This document shows, in pieces, positions 12,406 through 25,376 of a stretch of 64,000 bases of DNA. The stretch spans positions 33,542,001 through 33,606,000 of the forward strand of contig NC_042997.1 in the NCBI RefSeq assembly GCF_006345805.1. The letters are read 5' to 3'. The position numbers and the translations under genes were made by a program. Source of the DNA: Octopus sinensis. Taxonomy: Eukaryota. The notes under the pieces were generated by a model. It was given only the letters and a program-made list of their open reading frames with translations. It searched no databases and was not told the origin of the DNA. Each line of letters opens with the position of its first letter. Position 1 is the first letter of the stretch.

Positions 12406-13244
12406 TATATATATGTGTGTGTGTGTGTGTATGTGCGTGTTTGTGTGTGTGTGTATGTGCGTGTTTGTGTGTCTGTGTTTGTCCCCCCAACATCGCTTGA
12501 CAACCGATGCTTGTGTGTTTACATCCCCGTAACTTAGCGGTTCGGCAAAAAAAAAGAGACCGATAAAATAAGTACAAGGCTTACAAAGAATAAATCCTGG
12601 GGTCGATTTGATCAACTAAAGGCGGTGCTCCAGCAAGGCCAGTCACATGACTGAAACAAGTAAAAAAGTAAAAAGTAAAGTATAACCATGTGTCTCCCTA
12701 TGTCTCCCTGCTACCACTTGAAAATCAGTGTTGGGGTGCTTACATCCCCATAACTTAGCAGTTCAACAAAAGAAACCAATAGAATAAGTATCAGGCTTAA
12801 ATGATAAAAAATACTGGGGGCTGATTCATTCAACTAAAAATTCTTCAAAGCAGTGCACCAACATGGCCACAGTCTAATAACTGAAACAAGTAAAAGAAAA
12901 TGCTATTTTACATTGAGCACTCAAACTTTTTGCTCGGAAGATACTTTTACATATCAAATCGCTTATATTTGTTTCTTGAAATGATTAAATTTCAAGAAGC
13001 TAAGACAGAGTAGGGAACACCTTCAAGTGATCAGCAACTGCATGAAAGACACATCATTGACAGGATCACAAGCTGTGACTAAAGCACCTTGACAAGCCAG
13101 ATAATTAGTTGACTGATTGATTAACTAATTAGTTAACTGATAATAAAACTGAAGTGAAATACAAACAGTTTAGTCTAATATTAGCAGGAAAGCCCATGCT
13201 AAGTACAATGATGTATACAGGTGTGTATGTGTGTGTGTGTGTAT

Positions 13245-13610
13245 ATTTTATCTTTTATCTGTTTCAGTCATTAGACTGTGGCCATGCTGGGGCACTGCCT
13301 TGAAGAACCTTTAGTCAAATGAATCAATGCCAGCACTTATTTTTTTGTCAAGCCTGATACTTATTCTATTGGTCTCATTTTGTCAAACCACTAAGTTATG
13401 GGGACACAAACACACAAACCCCGGTTGTCAAGCGGTGGTGGGGAACAAACACACACGCACACACAAACAAACAAACACAAATGCGACAAGCTTCTTTCAG
13501 TTTTTGTTCACTCACAAGGCTCGGTGAACTCGAGGTTATAGAAGACACCTGCCCAAGGTGCCATGCATTGGGACTGAACCAAGAACCATGTGGTTGAGAA
13601 GAAAGTGGTG
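13245..13610 (-). mobile_element. SINE family A, diverged
   Basis: Colinear with family A, many substitutions. Confidence 0.72.
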
Positions 13611-14022
13611 CAACGCGTATACACATGCATAAACATCTGTGCATACTGGGAGAAACTTCATAGACATGTGCATCAACATTAAACACCACTTTGTTCCAGG
13701 TTCATTTTACATTGTTAAATATTTGTTTTTCATTGAGACTCGAAGCAGACCTTGAAGAGAGGGTGTGTCACTGATTAGGTTATTAATAGCAATGAAAGAA
13801 CTTTGACAAACAAAAAACAATTGATTAGTTAGTTGGTTGGTTAAATGTGTAACCAAATGATAAACAATAAATAAGTGATACTGAACCAGTGCATGTGCTC
13901 ATTATTACTGGCATACTGACCCTCCCATCACACAACAAGATTTGCTTCAACATATGAATTCACATTGAGAAGCTTGCAAACCAAAAAAGAAAAAAGGAAA
14001 TGTTTTTCCTGTAGTCTTAGAG

Positions 14023-14241
14023 CAGTGCTTTTAAAACTTTTTGCTGGAGCGGAACCCCAAGGAAACATTCCACTGGCTCGAGGAACCCCTGTGCAATAAT
14101 TTAATAGTTTTATGCAAACATATCTGCACAGGAGAATTAAAAATTACTGCTGATTTTAGCAGTTTTGTAACTTCTTGCGGAACCCCTGGACTGTACTGGC
14201 GGAATCCTAAGGTTCCGCGGAACCCTGGTTGAAAACCACTG
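14023..14241. mobile_element. hAT-type MITE
   Basis: CAGTG...CACTG imperfect TIRs with an exact 8-bp TSD tcttagag (14015-14022 and 14242-14249). Confidence 0.88.
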
Positions 14242-14532
14242 TCTTAGAGTATTATTTTCCATGAGGAATAATATTGGTTGTCGAAGGTCTATTTTGGCAG
14301 TGATGTTTCAAGAATTTCAAAAAATTAAGTCTGGGGAAAACTAATGAAAAATGCAAATGGATTCAGCATTAGGAAAAAAGGGGAGAAAAAAAGGTAAAAA
14401 GAACACTGATACTAACTAAATGCAGTGTAAAATGTGTTTCATCCCGGAGATAAGTGTAGCAAGGTTTTGAACTGTCAGAGTTACAACGGACATTAGAAGA
14501 TTATTATTCATAACTAAACAAAGAATATATAT

Positions 14533-15109
14533 CTCTTTACTCTCTATTACTTGTTTCAGTCATTTGACTGTGGCCATGCTGGAGCACCGCCTTTAGTCGA
14601 GCAAATCGACCCCCAGACTTATTTTTTGGAAGCCTAGTACTTATTCTATCAGTCTCTTTTGCCGAACCGCTAAGTTACAGGGACATAAACACACCAGCAT
14701 CGGTTGTCAAGCGATGTTGAGAAGACAAACGCAGACACACACATACATACATACACACATATCCTCATCATCATCGTTTAACGTCCGTTTTCCATGCTAG
14801 CATGGGTTGGACAGTTCAACTGGGGTCTGTGAAGCCGGAAGGCTTCATCAGGCCCAGTCAGATCTGGCAGTGTTTCTACGGCTGGATGCCCTTCCTAACG
14901 CCAACCACTCCGTGAGTGTAGTGGGTGCTTTATATATATATATATATATATATACATTTTTACGACGAGCTTCTTTCAGTTTCCGTCTACCAAATCCACT
15001 CACAAGGCTTTGGTCGGCCCAAGGCTATAGCAGAAGACACTTGCCCAAGGTGGGACTGAACCCAGGACCATGTGGTTGGTAAGCAAGCTACTTACCACAC
15101 AGCCACTCC
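14533..15109 (-). mobile_element. SINE family A with a family C insert (14765-14930)
   Basis: Both family A modules flank a family C fragment sitting in the microsatellite. Confidence 0.82.
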
Positions 15110-15463
15110 TAAATTTAAAAAAAATAAATATATAAAGCATAAACTAAAACCCCTGTGTTTTCACACACACTCACTAGACAAGATTGATATGCTAAGTATG
15201 TCACAGTTTTATCTTCAAATAATAGTGTAGGAATTATCTGCTGAGATAGTAAGAGTTTATCTTATTTGTGGATGTGTCTCAAAGTTCATCAAGATATTTT
15301 TTTTTATTTAACCCCATTAACTGAACTCTAGAAAGGCTTTAGTATGCTACTTTCTACTATAACAAAGCAAAATTTTTGCCTTTTGTTTCAATGTATGGAG
15401 GTGAGAATTGTATCGCCCACTAGACTAAAATAAAATGAAATAAAACAAAGGCTTTATATTCTA

Positions 15464-15850
15464 CTAGCAGTATCGCCCGGCGTTGCTCGGGTTTGTAAGG
15501 GAAATCACTATATAAGCATTTTTAGAGAGTTATAGCCAAAAAATACATTCAAAATGGGGAAAAAATGATGGTAAATTTTTTTTTAAATCGTTGACTCATC
15601 GTAGACATTTTTAGAGAGTTACTTCCCTTATATAATAGCGAAAAAAATGCATTGAAATGGAAAAAAATTATGGTAAATTTTTTTTTTAAATCGTAGACTC
15701 AACGTAGGCGCGCTAATACCCAGAAGGGCTCGATATGAATCACGACTATAAGATACCTGGTTTTGGTTACACTGCACCGCAAAATGTGGGAGTAGTTAGG
15801 AATCTAAATCGTAGGAGACAGACACACAACTTGACTTTTATATATAAAGA
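15464..15850 (-). mobile_element. Non-autonomous Helitron
   Basis: A|TCTTTATATATAAAAG 5' end, 3' hairpin plus CTAG|T, AT target with no TSD. The 3' roughly 270 bp is shared with the 11384 copy. Confidence 0.88.
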
Positions 15851-16061
15851 TTATCTTTTTACTGTCTTTCAATTTTATAGTTAGTGGAAACCGTGTTAGT
15901 AACTACCTTCATTGGTGTAGTCAGTCGCATCATCAATCCGAGTACCTGATAGAAATATCAACCTCAGAAGGCTGTTATAGCAAAGTGAGCAGGATTTGAA
16001 TTTTAATAATAAAGGGACATAACCAAATACCACAAGGTAATTTTGCTTGATGCTCTACTAA

Positions 16062-16451
16062 TCTCTCTCTATATAAAGTTGAAGTTGTCTGTATGTGGCA
16101 GGTTTGGTAGCCTTCAACTAACACTATCTCCTCCGAGACCCTGCAGCGCAAGTTGACCAAAACTGAGAGTATGATAGAAGGCTTACTCTTCCTTGCGTAG
16201 AAGAAAAAATTCAAATTGGACCATGTTAACACCAAAAATTATTTACATCAAAAAGGTGCTTTTTTTCTATGAAAATCCCTATTTTTTATGATTTTTTTGA
16301 CTGCTGTGTCACCATTTTTCTGTGTATTTCAACCAGAAAAATGTTCACTTAAAGAGAATAACAAGCTACATAATGCAAAATTTTTACTTTTCAAAAATTC
16401 CAATTCTAAAGGGTCGAAACAAACCCGAGCAAAACCAGGCGATGCTGCTAG
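16062..16451 (+). mobile_element. Non-autonomous Helitron
   Basis: A|TCTCTCTCTATATAAAG ... cccgagcaaaaccaggcgatgctgCTAG|T. Confidence 0.85.
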
Positions 16452-16886
16452 TACTGTTATAAATTTATTTTTCTTTTGTAATATTCACAAATAGTAATCA
16501 AGCATTAAATATCAATGTCTTTCCTCGTACATTTATCACCTTGTTACAAATACTTAATTTCAAAAGTTTTCGTTAGAGATTCAAAAACTGCTATATACAA
16601 ACAAATATTAACATATTCTCATGTTTAATTATGTGTGTCTGACAGAATTCAGCTATGGAGGCTTTCCTGTTTATTCTTAATCTTGGCTTCAGCCATTTGT
16701 CATAGTGTTTCTGATGAGTCAGTGTGGGGGGGGGGGGCACTTGTGCTACCAGATGAATCGTAGTGCTGTAGAATTGGGGTATGGCGATGGGGGTATTGCA
16801 TAGTATGTAGTCACACAATAAGGTTAGGAATCAGATAACCCAAACAGGTTAAAGGGGACTGTTATGGTCTGGTGGAAGTTGGGTAA

Positions 16887-17119
16887 GGCGGCGAGCTGGC
16901 AGAATCGTTAGCACGCCAGGTGAAATGCTTAGCGGTATTTCGTCTGCCGCTACGTTCTGAGTTCAAATTCCGTCGAGGTCGACTTTGCCTTTCATCTTTT
17001 CAGGGTCGATTAAATAAGTACCAGTTACGCACTGGGGTCAATGTAATCGACTTAATACCTATGTCTGTCCTTGTTTGTCCGCTCTGTGTTTAGCCCCTTG
17101 TGGGTAGTAAAGAAATAGG
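16887..17119 (+). mobile_element. SINE family B, full length
   Basis: Same head and central motif as the cluster at 6738. Confidence 0.85.
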
Positions 17120-17129
17120 AGGTTGGGTT

Positions 17130-17700
17130 TTGAAGGTGAGAAACAAATCATAGATATTTAGAATCTGTATGTAAAGGGTGTGTGTAAAGGGATGAAACAA
17201 GTTGATGGAGAGTGTGCCAAAGAATACTGGTGGCATCGGTATGAGATGAGTGTGAGAGCCAAGAAGAGTTGTGAATGCTGAAGAGATGGAGGGCAGAGAC
17301 TTTGGAGAGAAAGTGAGACATATGTCTTTGATACAAGAGATATGGCTGAAGAGTTGTTACTGGTTTGAAAAGTTTGTAGAATAATAGAAACAGTGGGGGA
17401 AGTAGACTTTGAACGGAGAGAGAGAGGTGAGTGATAGGAAGTGGCATTTACCTATGCATATAGAGAACTGGACTATGGAAAATAGGTTGATTTGTGGCTT
17501 GATGTAGCACGGTTTAAGTACTAGTAAAAGATGATACATGAGTACAGGTCAGATTGTAATCTGTGGATGTTAGAGGAAGGTGAAATTAATCAGGAGATAT
17601 AGTCCCAGCTTTTGGCTTCTTAGGGAAGTGTAACGGGTGATGATGGTATGTCACAATATCACAGAATCTTCCTGCTGAGAGGCTCCTCTGATGTGCCTAC
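17130..17700 (-). mobile_element. Decayed CR1/L2-type LINE 3' fragment
   Basis: Fragments such as SQKLGLYL and ATSILWHTL resemble CR1-type C-terminal motifs; many disruptions. Confidence 0.55.
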
Positions 17701-17777
17701 TTTACAGAAAAATAGAGGGAACCCTCTACATTATATAGAACATGTCTACAAGAGGTAAATGGTGAAGGAAAGTCCAA

Positions 17778-17939
17778 GGCTGTGTGGTAAGTAGCTTGTT
17801 TACCAACCACATGGTTCCGGGTTCAGTCCCACTGCGTGGCACCTTGGGCAAGTGTCTTCTACTATAGCCTCGGGCCGACCAAAGCCTTGTGAGTGGATTT
17901 GGTAGACGGAAACTGAAAGAAGTCCATCATGTATATATA

Positions 17940-17983
<44 letters not shown>

Positions 17984-18416
17984 AAATATTAGGGAATAAA
18001 TCCAAACTTACAGGGAAAAATCAGATTTAGGATTAAATCCAATTTTATAGTAAAATATATTATATTATATTATATTAAATTAGAGATAAAACCACTATTA
18101 GGCAAATCAAACAATGAAAAACATAAGCCAATACATAAAATTAATTAATTTATATTATTTTAAATATATATCAAAAGTATTAAAAGTTGTGTGTGTGTGA
18201 GTGTGTGTTTGTGTGTGTTTGTCCCCCTAGCATTGCTTGACAACCGATGCTGGTGTGTTTATGTCCCCGTTACTTCGCGGTTCGGCAAAACAGACCGATA
18301 GAATAAGTACTGGGCTTACAAAAAGAATAAGTCCCAGGGTCGATTTGTTCGAATAAAAGGCGGTGCTCCAGCATGGCCGCAGTCAAACAACTGAAATAAG
18401 TAAAAGCATAAAAGAG
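17778..18416 (+). mobile_element. SINE family A with an AT-rich insert (about 17980-18190)
   Basis: Head and tail modules are separated by about 200 bp of unrelated AT-rich sequence in the (TA)n tract. Confidence 0.8.
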
Positions 18417-19129
18417 TATGTGCATGAGATTCTTTCCTTCATAGTTAACTGTACACAGCAAGGCATTCATTCATTCATTCCAAAAGCAGTTTGTTGATGA
18501 TAGAGTGTGGAGAGGACAGTGCTACGGGAGGAAAAGACAGAGCAGGGAAGGAACACATAGTGATAGTCACTGACTGCAAAGACAACCACAAATCTATAAA
18601 TAGATTCTGCAGAAGTTCAAAAAAATATTTAAAGAGAATGGTTAACCACGGGCACCACACTGCGATACGATTTATTTCCTCTATGAGTGTGTTTATGAGC
18701 AAATTTAAGTACTTTATTCAGAAAATGGTTTACCACAATTATACCACAGCAGCAATGTAACAGTTATGTTGTGTTCTATTACAGCAAGTTGTGCTGTATT
18801 AGTTTGGTTCAGCATCATCTCTGTTTACACTGAGATGATACACTGCTTCCTACTCTGCAGCAACCCATGAATTGTGGTTTATTTTCCTCTTTCACTCCCT
18901 CAGTTTCCGAAGCTCTGCAATGGTCACAAATGCTGCCCTTCTTCATTCCGAGTAAGCCAGGATTTCCTTCTTTTTTTTTTTCCCTTTTTTTTTTTACTTT
19001 GTAATAGTAACAAAGTTTGGAATTTTCAAAGTGCTGTGAAGAATTTTTGGGTTTTTTTTAAAGAGGTTCAATATAAAATTTTTATGTGGAGGCAGAGAGA
19101 GGGTGGGTGAGAAAGAGAGAGAGAGAGGC

Positions 19130-19690
19130 AGACAGGGAGACAGAAAGGCTGAGGAAAGTTGAGACAAAAGGGGAAGCAGAGAGAGAGAGAGAGAAGCATA
19201 GGGAATGAAAAGACAAAGAAAGAAGCAGGCACGGAGAAAGAGAGAGAGAGAGAGAGAGAGAGAAGTAAGCTAACGGAGGCAGAGACAAACACTGATTGTC
19301 TGAGTTGTGTGTGTGTGTGTCTGCATGTGCGTGTGTGTCTACATGTAAGTGTGTGTCTGCGTGTAAGTGTGTGTCTGTGTGTGTTTGTCTGTGCGTGTGT
19401 GTGTGTCTGCGTGTTTGTTTGCGTGTGTGTGTGTGTGTGTGTATCTGCATGTAAGTGCGTGTCTGCCTGCATGTGTGTGTGTGTGTGTGTCTGCATGTGT
19501 GTGTGTGTGTCTGCATGTGTGTGTGTCTGTATGTTTGTCTGTGTGTGTGTGTGTCCGTGTCTGCGTGTGTGTTTGTTTGCGTCTGTGTGTGTGTGTATCT
19601 GCATGTAAGTGTGTGTCTGCGTGCATGTGTATGTGTGTGTCTGTGTGTAAGTGCGTGTCTGCGTGTGTCTATATGTAAGTGTGCGTGTGT
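19130..19690. repeat. Compound (GA)n plus cryptic (TG)n microsatellite
   Basis: Long TG tract with recurring gtgtctgcatgtaagt-like subunits; explains the overlapping HT/CV-rich ORFs. Confidence 0.9.
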
Positions 19691-20913
19691 ATGAATTAAT
19701 AAGTATGGCATAATTTTTTTTTTTTCTCTCAACCAGGCTCATAAGTTTCACAAGCGAATTATGTCTATTTACCATTCTGGTTTTTTTTTCTTTTTTTTAT
19801 GAGCCAATAAGCCACTTGGCATACTAGAAAGCAGCATATCAAATCTCCCTCATGATGCACTCTATCTACTACATTAAAAAATAATGAAGGATACATTAGA
19901 TAATGCAATCTTATTTACACATACACAATATCTGATGAAAAGGCAGAAGGGTGACATCTGGAACAACTTTGATTACAGGTCAGTTCAGGCAGGGCTAACC
20001 CGAGGCTAAAGAAAAAACCTCAACAAATTTTATACACTTCACATTCAAAATATTGCTTATTTGCTTTGTGCAGCTATGTTGCTTTAAATTGCCTGAAAAC
20101 ACTTTGAATCAACATATGATCTTAACTCCTATCCATCTGGCCTTTTTATTTGCTTATTTAATTATCACTAATCTCTTATGAAATCCAATCAAATCCAATC
20201 TTTGTGACAAAACCTCATACTACTAGAATACAATGAGAGCTGCTGCTGCTGTTGTTGAAATCGACTACAAGCAGTGGCTTCTTCGGCGACTAATAATGAA
20301 ACAGAGACAGCAATAATAGACAGAAGCAAGCAGAAGCTTCTGTCTGTCTGTCTGTCTAATAATTGTCACCCAAGTCAAAGGTGGTGATGGGGACGGTGAT
20401 GATGATGTGCTTGTTGTAGTTATGGTGGTGGCAGGCAATTGTAATGCGGAGGGGAGAGGCAGGCGGGTGGGTGGGTGGGTGGGTGGGTGACGGTGGTGGT
20501 ATGGGAAGAAGAGGAAGAGGAGGAGATGAAGAGGAGGAGATGAATAACAAAAAAAGTTATCACGCTGATGTGTTACATATGCTGTGAAGAAAACAGCAAT
20601 GATGCTGTTAAAAAAGTGTAAAAATGACTCATTGTGCACATGCACACACACACACCACACGTCTGAGTAACCCTGATAAAGAATTCTTCACTCAAAATTA
20701 TCTACAACCCAGCAGCCCTATATTAGAATTATATGTCTTAACCACTGTTCCTTCTGCTACTACAGCTCTACAAACAGTCTGCTTCTCTGAACCAGTTCAA
20801 CTACAATCTTTTCACTCACATTCCACGCAACTTCCAAGTCCTCCTTTAGCATTTACTGTATCTTACTCACCTCAGAATCTGCACTAAATACTCCTCGGTC
20901 TTTCTTCCCTGGA

Positions 20914-20954
<41 letters not shown>

Positions 20955-21007
20955 TGGGGAATGTTCTGAATTTTAGGAAAAAAAGTACAGTATGTCCCTG
21001 CATATCT

Positions 21008-21448
21008 TGTGATACCTGTGCCGGTGGCACGTTAAAAGCACCATCCATACGTGGCCGATGCCAGTGCCGCCTTGATTGGCTTCCGTGCCGGTAGCACATA
21101 AAAAGCACCAACCGTTGCCAGCCTCCTCTGACACCTATGCCGGTGGCACGTAAAAAGCACCATCCGATCGTGGCCGTTTGCCAGCCTCCCCTGGCACCTG
21201 TGCCGGTGGCACGTAAAAAGCACCAACTGATCGTGGCCGTTGCCAGCCTCCCCTGGCACCTGTGCTGGTGGCACGTAAAAAGCACCCACTACACTGATGG
21301 AGTAGTTGGCATTAGGAAGGGCATCCAGCTGTAGAAACACTGCCAGATCAGACTGGAGCCTGGTGCAGCCTCCTGGCTTCCCAGATCCCCGGTCGAACCG
21401 TCCAACCCATGCTAGCATGGAAAACAGACGTTAAATGATGATGATGAT
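21008..21448 (+). mobile_element. Repeat family C (RTE-tailed SINE-like element with a 5' minisatellite)
   Basis: Four roughly 60-bp units with the gtgccggtggcac hairpin, a unique body and a (GAT)n tail. Confidence 0.82.
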
Positions 21449-21770
21449 CTTGAGAGGCAATTAAGGAGAGTTGCCACCAAGGGCATCCATCTGTAAAACA
21501 CAACTTCAAAAAGTTGTGCCCAAATGTCCATAATAGCATATAGAATGAATGTAAAGTGATGATGATGATGATGATAATGGTGGTAGAGTGAGTGTGTGTG
21601 TGTGTGCAAACACTTGCTTGGTTTTGTTTGTGTAGTGCTTGCATAAGTGCATGTCAATGTCCTAAAAAGCACAAAAAAGTTACTAAAAATAACATGCAAC
21701 AAGGAACGCCCACTTCAATACAAATTTCAGATATTTGTGCAAGGCAACAAAATATGTAAGGATAAGGGTT

Positions 21771-22163
21771 ACTCTTTACTCTTTTACTTGTTTCAGTCAT
21801 TTGACTACGGCCATGCTGGAGCACCACCTTTAATCGAGCAACTCGACCCCAGGACTTATTCTTTTGTAAGCCTAGTACTTATTCTATCGGAACTCTTTTG
21901 CCGAACCGCTAAGTGACGGGGATGTAAACACACCAGCATCGGTTGTCAAGCAATGCTAGGGGGACAAACACAGACACACAAACATACACACACACACACA
22001 TATATATACATATATATGACGGGCTTCTTTCAGTTTCCGTCTACCAAATCCACTCACAAGGCTTTGGTCGGCCCAAGGCTATAGTAGAAGACACTTGCCC
22101 AAGGTGCCACGCAGTGGGACTGAACCCGGAACCATGTGGTTGGTAAACAAGCTACTTACCACA
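21771..22163 (-). mobile_element. SINE family A
   Basis: Near-consensus copy; extreme 5' end missing. Confidence 0.88.
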
Positions 22164-23216
22164 AATATCTTCAGTTGATTTTATTGAATCCAAAATAAAA
22201 AGTACCGGATAAGAGACCTCTACATAAATTACTTCATTTTCATTATTCAAGAAGTAGGTGTGCTACAAATAAATAATTCAAGTAACAGCTGACCAGGCAT
22301 AGGTCACCAATTATCACCATACAACACCTACACAAATGATTTTTCCAAGTCAACCCCGTCATTGAACCAACCTATGATCCAGCATGGTCCAGCTGTGACT
22401 ATATCCTATCTTTTATTCAAACAGTGAATAGATATTATCTATTGTCTTTCAGTTTATCAGATGATATGATATCATGACCGAGAAAAGAATTGGCTGATAT
22501 TTCTAATGAGTCAAACTTCCACATAGAGCTCATATGTTAGCTTAATCCCTTTACACGTAGAAATTAAAGACGTGTCATCAGTGTCGCCGTCGTCCCCCTC
22601 CCACCCCGCCGTTAGAAACTATCGCCTGACCTCATTATATCTCTGTCCTTGTCAAAACCTATATAGCACAAGCAACAACAAAAACCATCAAAAAATGGGT
22701 TTGACTAAATAGAAATAAAACATTCTGAGACAATGTTATTTTTTCATAATTTGTTTATTTGTAGCCACATTTCTAAATTAGTATGATTAGTATGGATTTT
22801 GTAAGAGCAGTCAATTGTTGTTTAGCCCAAGATCAATCCTAATTAAGCAGGTATCTATTATTAAAGACAATTTAGCTGTGACTATCATGTCTTTTCATCT
22901 GACAATATCTAAGATATGTGTCCTTTTTTTTAAGAATGCAAAGAGTGTGGGCTGAGAAAGATTGGTTTGAGGTCACTCCCCACCATACTATTCTATGGCC
23001 ATACACATGTTGTCACCACACCCAGTCTGTTCTGTCAATACTCTAGTCAACCCTGCTCTACAGAGCTGACTTTTCTCATGTTAACTATATTCAGACCTTT
23101 CCAACTCACCACCTCTTAATCACTCGTATTGTTCTCATTTCCAGTCTCACAACACCCAGTTGTGCCTCTGGAATTCCCTCCCTGCACGTTTTTCTTGCAG
23201 CTTTTGACTTCGAGAA

Positions 23217-23352
23217 GAATATAAACTACATTAATTTCACTGACCCAGATGGGTTTACATTGGTCATAGGCACAAACCCTCCAAAAAGGAATATAAACTA
23301 CATCAATTTCACTGACCCAGATGGGTTTACATTGGTCATAGGCACAAACCTT
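23217..23352. repeat. 72-bp tandem duplication
   Basis: gaatataaactaca...ggcacaaacc starts at 23217 and again at 23289. Confidence 0.9.
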
Positions 23353-23453
23353 CCCCAAAAAAATCAAGTGACCACATAAATGTCTCCAGCTTTAACTCAT
23401 ATTGAAACAGTAACTTTTATTTATTGATATTTGCTATTCCCACTGTTGCAATA

Positions 23454-23805
23454 TCTCTCTATATATAAATGGCAAAATGTCTGTGTGTGTGTCCTTTATA
23501 CAAATCCACAATTTTTCAGTTAGAGGGCTCGCACTTTCTATGGTCATTCAAAACCGTCCAAGGGTGGTTGTGCACATCTTTACATTTCCCCAGTCACCCA
23601 ACAAAGCCATTAAAAAATCAATAGAAGTGACTTTTTTGTGAATTTTCTATCCAAAACCCAATCAAAATGCCCAAAACTTGATATGCCAATTGAATGCCAG
23701 CTAGCTGTATGTGATTAGTTGGAGATTTGGACAGTACTCACGTGTATGTGCACACGCACGCAGCTATATATGTACTGTATATGCGTTGCCGGGTCATAGT
23801 GCTAG
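23454..23805 (+). mobile_element. Non-autonomous Helitron
   Basis: A|TCTCTCTATATATAAATGG ... gcgttgccgggtcatagtgCTAG|T; the left arm of the terminal hairpin looks eroded. Confidence 0.8.
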
Positions 23806-23849
23806 TTTAACAATAAAACAGAAGTGGAAACTGAAACAATCAAAGTTTT

Positions 23850-24335
23850 GCTCAAAAGTACACCAAAGATAGGAATTCATTGAATGAGATAACTAGGTGT
23901 AACTGTACGAAAATTAAAAGAACTTCAATGTGTACATTCTGCCAGTGATGATTTACACCAGTGAAGCATGGGCTCACAATACTACCACCATGAATGCCCT
24001 CATTGTTGTCCAACAGAAAATGGAAAAAATCATGCTCAGCATCACATTGCTGGACAAGAAAACCAAAGCCTGGATTCAACAGCATACAAGAGTCAACGAT
24101 AACCATCAAGGTGAACGAATAGAAATGGGCTGACCACATTGCTTGCCTGAAGGACAACAGATGGACAATCAGGGTGACAAAATGAATACCACAACAATGG
24201 ACAAGATCAAGAAGCTGACCAAAGACAAGATGGTGAGATGATCTCACTCACTACCTGGAGCCTACATGGCCATGACTGACCAGAGACAGATAGCAGTGAA
24301 AGGAGTCCTAGGTTCCTCCTTCAGGAGCAATGAAT
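23850..24335 (+). mobile_element. RTE-clade LINE 3' fragment (decayed)
   Basis: ILPVMIYTSEAW...QQKMEKIMLSITLLDKKTKAWI, then in another frame KWADHIA..KDNRWTIRVT...PKTRW. These match the RTE post-RT region. Confidence 0.85.
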
Positions 24336-25376
24336 CCCTGGATATTATTGTTATTATTTTAGGTGACAATACTTTTTGGCACTAGGGCAGTCAACACACA
24401 CATACACATACAGAGTGAGGGGAAGAGAGATTACAATTTGAGCACGATTGGGCACTTTCCTATTCCTCATACACATAAGGAGAAACAAACAGAAAGAGAG
24501 AAAAAGATAAGGAAAGGTCAGAGTCAAATCAGGGATGCCAAATAGATAGCGCCAAAACAGTTGTACCAAAAACCCTCAAACCCATGAGTCCATACCAAGT
24601 GGTCAGTGGCCCTGTCTTATCGTATTTGTAATGAATTGCGTTATTTATATGTTTCAAAATAATTTTGAAAATAGTTAAGAATTTGGAGACATTTTCATTA
24701 TTAAGCTGGTGTTTGGAAACATAACGTAACGAAACAATTCTTACATGAAATTATAATGGAAGATTTTAATTAAAGAAAAAGAGAAAACCTTGTTTAACAG
24801 AATGAGAAGGCCTCAAGTAGATTGGTATCAAAGGAGTCAACTATGGTCATTATACCTCAATGAAGTAGTCATTTAAAATCAAAAAACAAGGAGCCCCAAT
24901 TCAAACTATCTTATCTGAATTTTCCTTAGTTTTAAATTTCTTACTCATAATACAAAAATTATAATTTTTAGCAAGAGAGTAAAATTCAAAAAGTAAAACT
25001 CTCAAACTTGAATCAATTATTTTTACTATAGACACAAAACTTTTTTTTTTTTTTTTTTGGTGGTGGTAGAGAAGCAGGGCAGTCAATTATATTGACTCCA
25101 GTGCTCAACGGGTACTTATTTTATCAATCCTGAGAGAATGAAAGGCAAAGTTGCCCTTGGCAAAATTTGAGCTCAGAATGCAAGGCCAGAATGTAATGGC
25201 ACTAAGCATTTTGTCCAGCATGATAATGATTCTGTCAGCTTGCTACCTTTCAAACTTGAATAATAATTTCAAAAAATTCAAACACAAATTTCAGTTTTAG
25301 TTCTTTGAAATTCGTCCCACCCATACAAACATATGTACAAGCACTGCTACAACTATCACACATACAAATACCTTAA

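Noticed and set aside
19068-19775. Long overlapping ORFs rich in HT/CV dipeptides
   Set aside because: Translations of the (TG)/(CA) and (GA) microsatellite; not genes.
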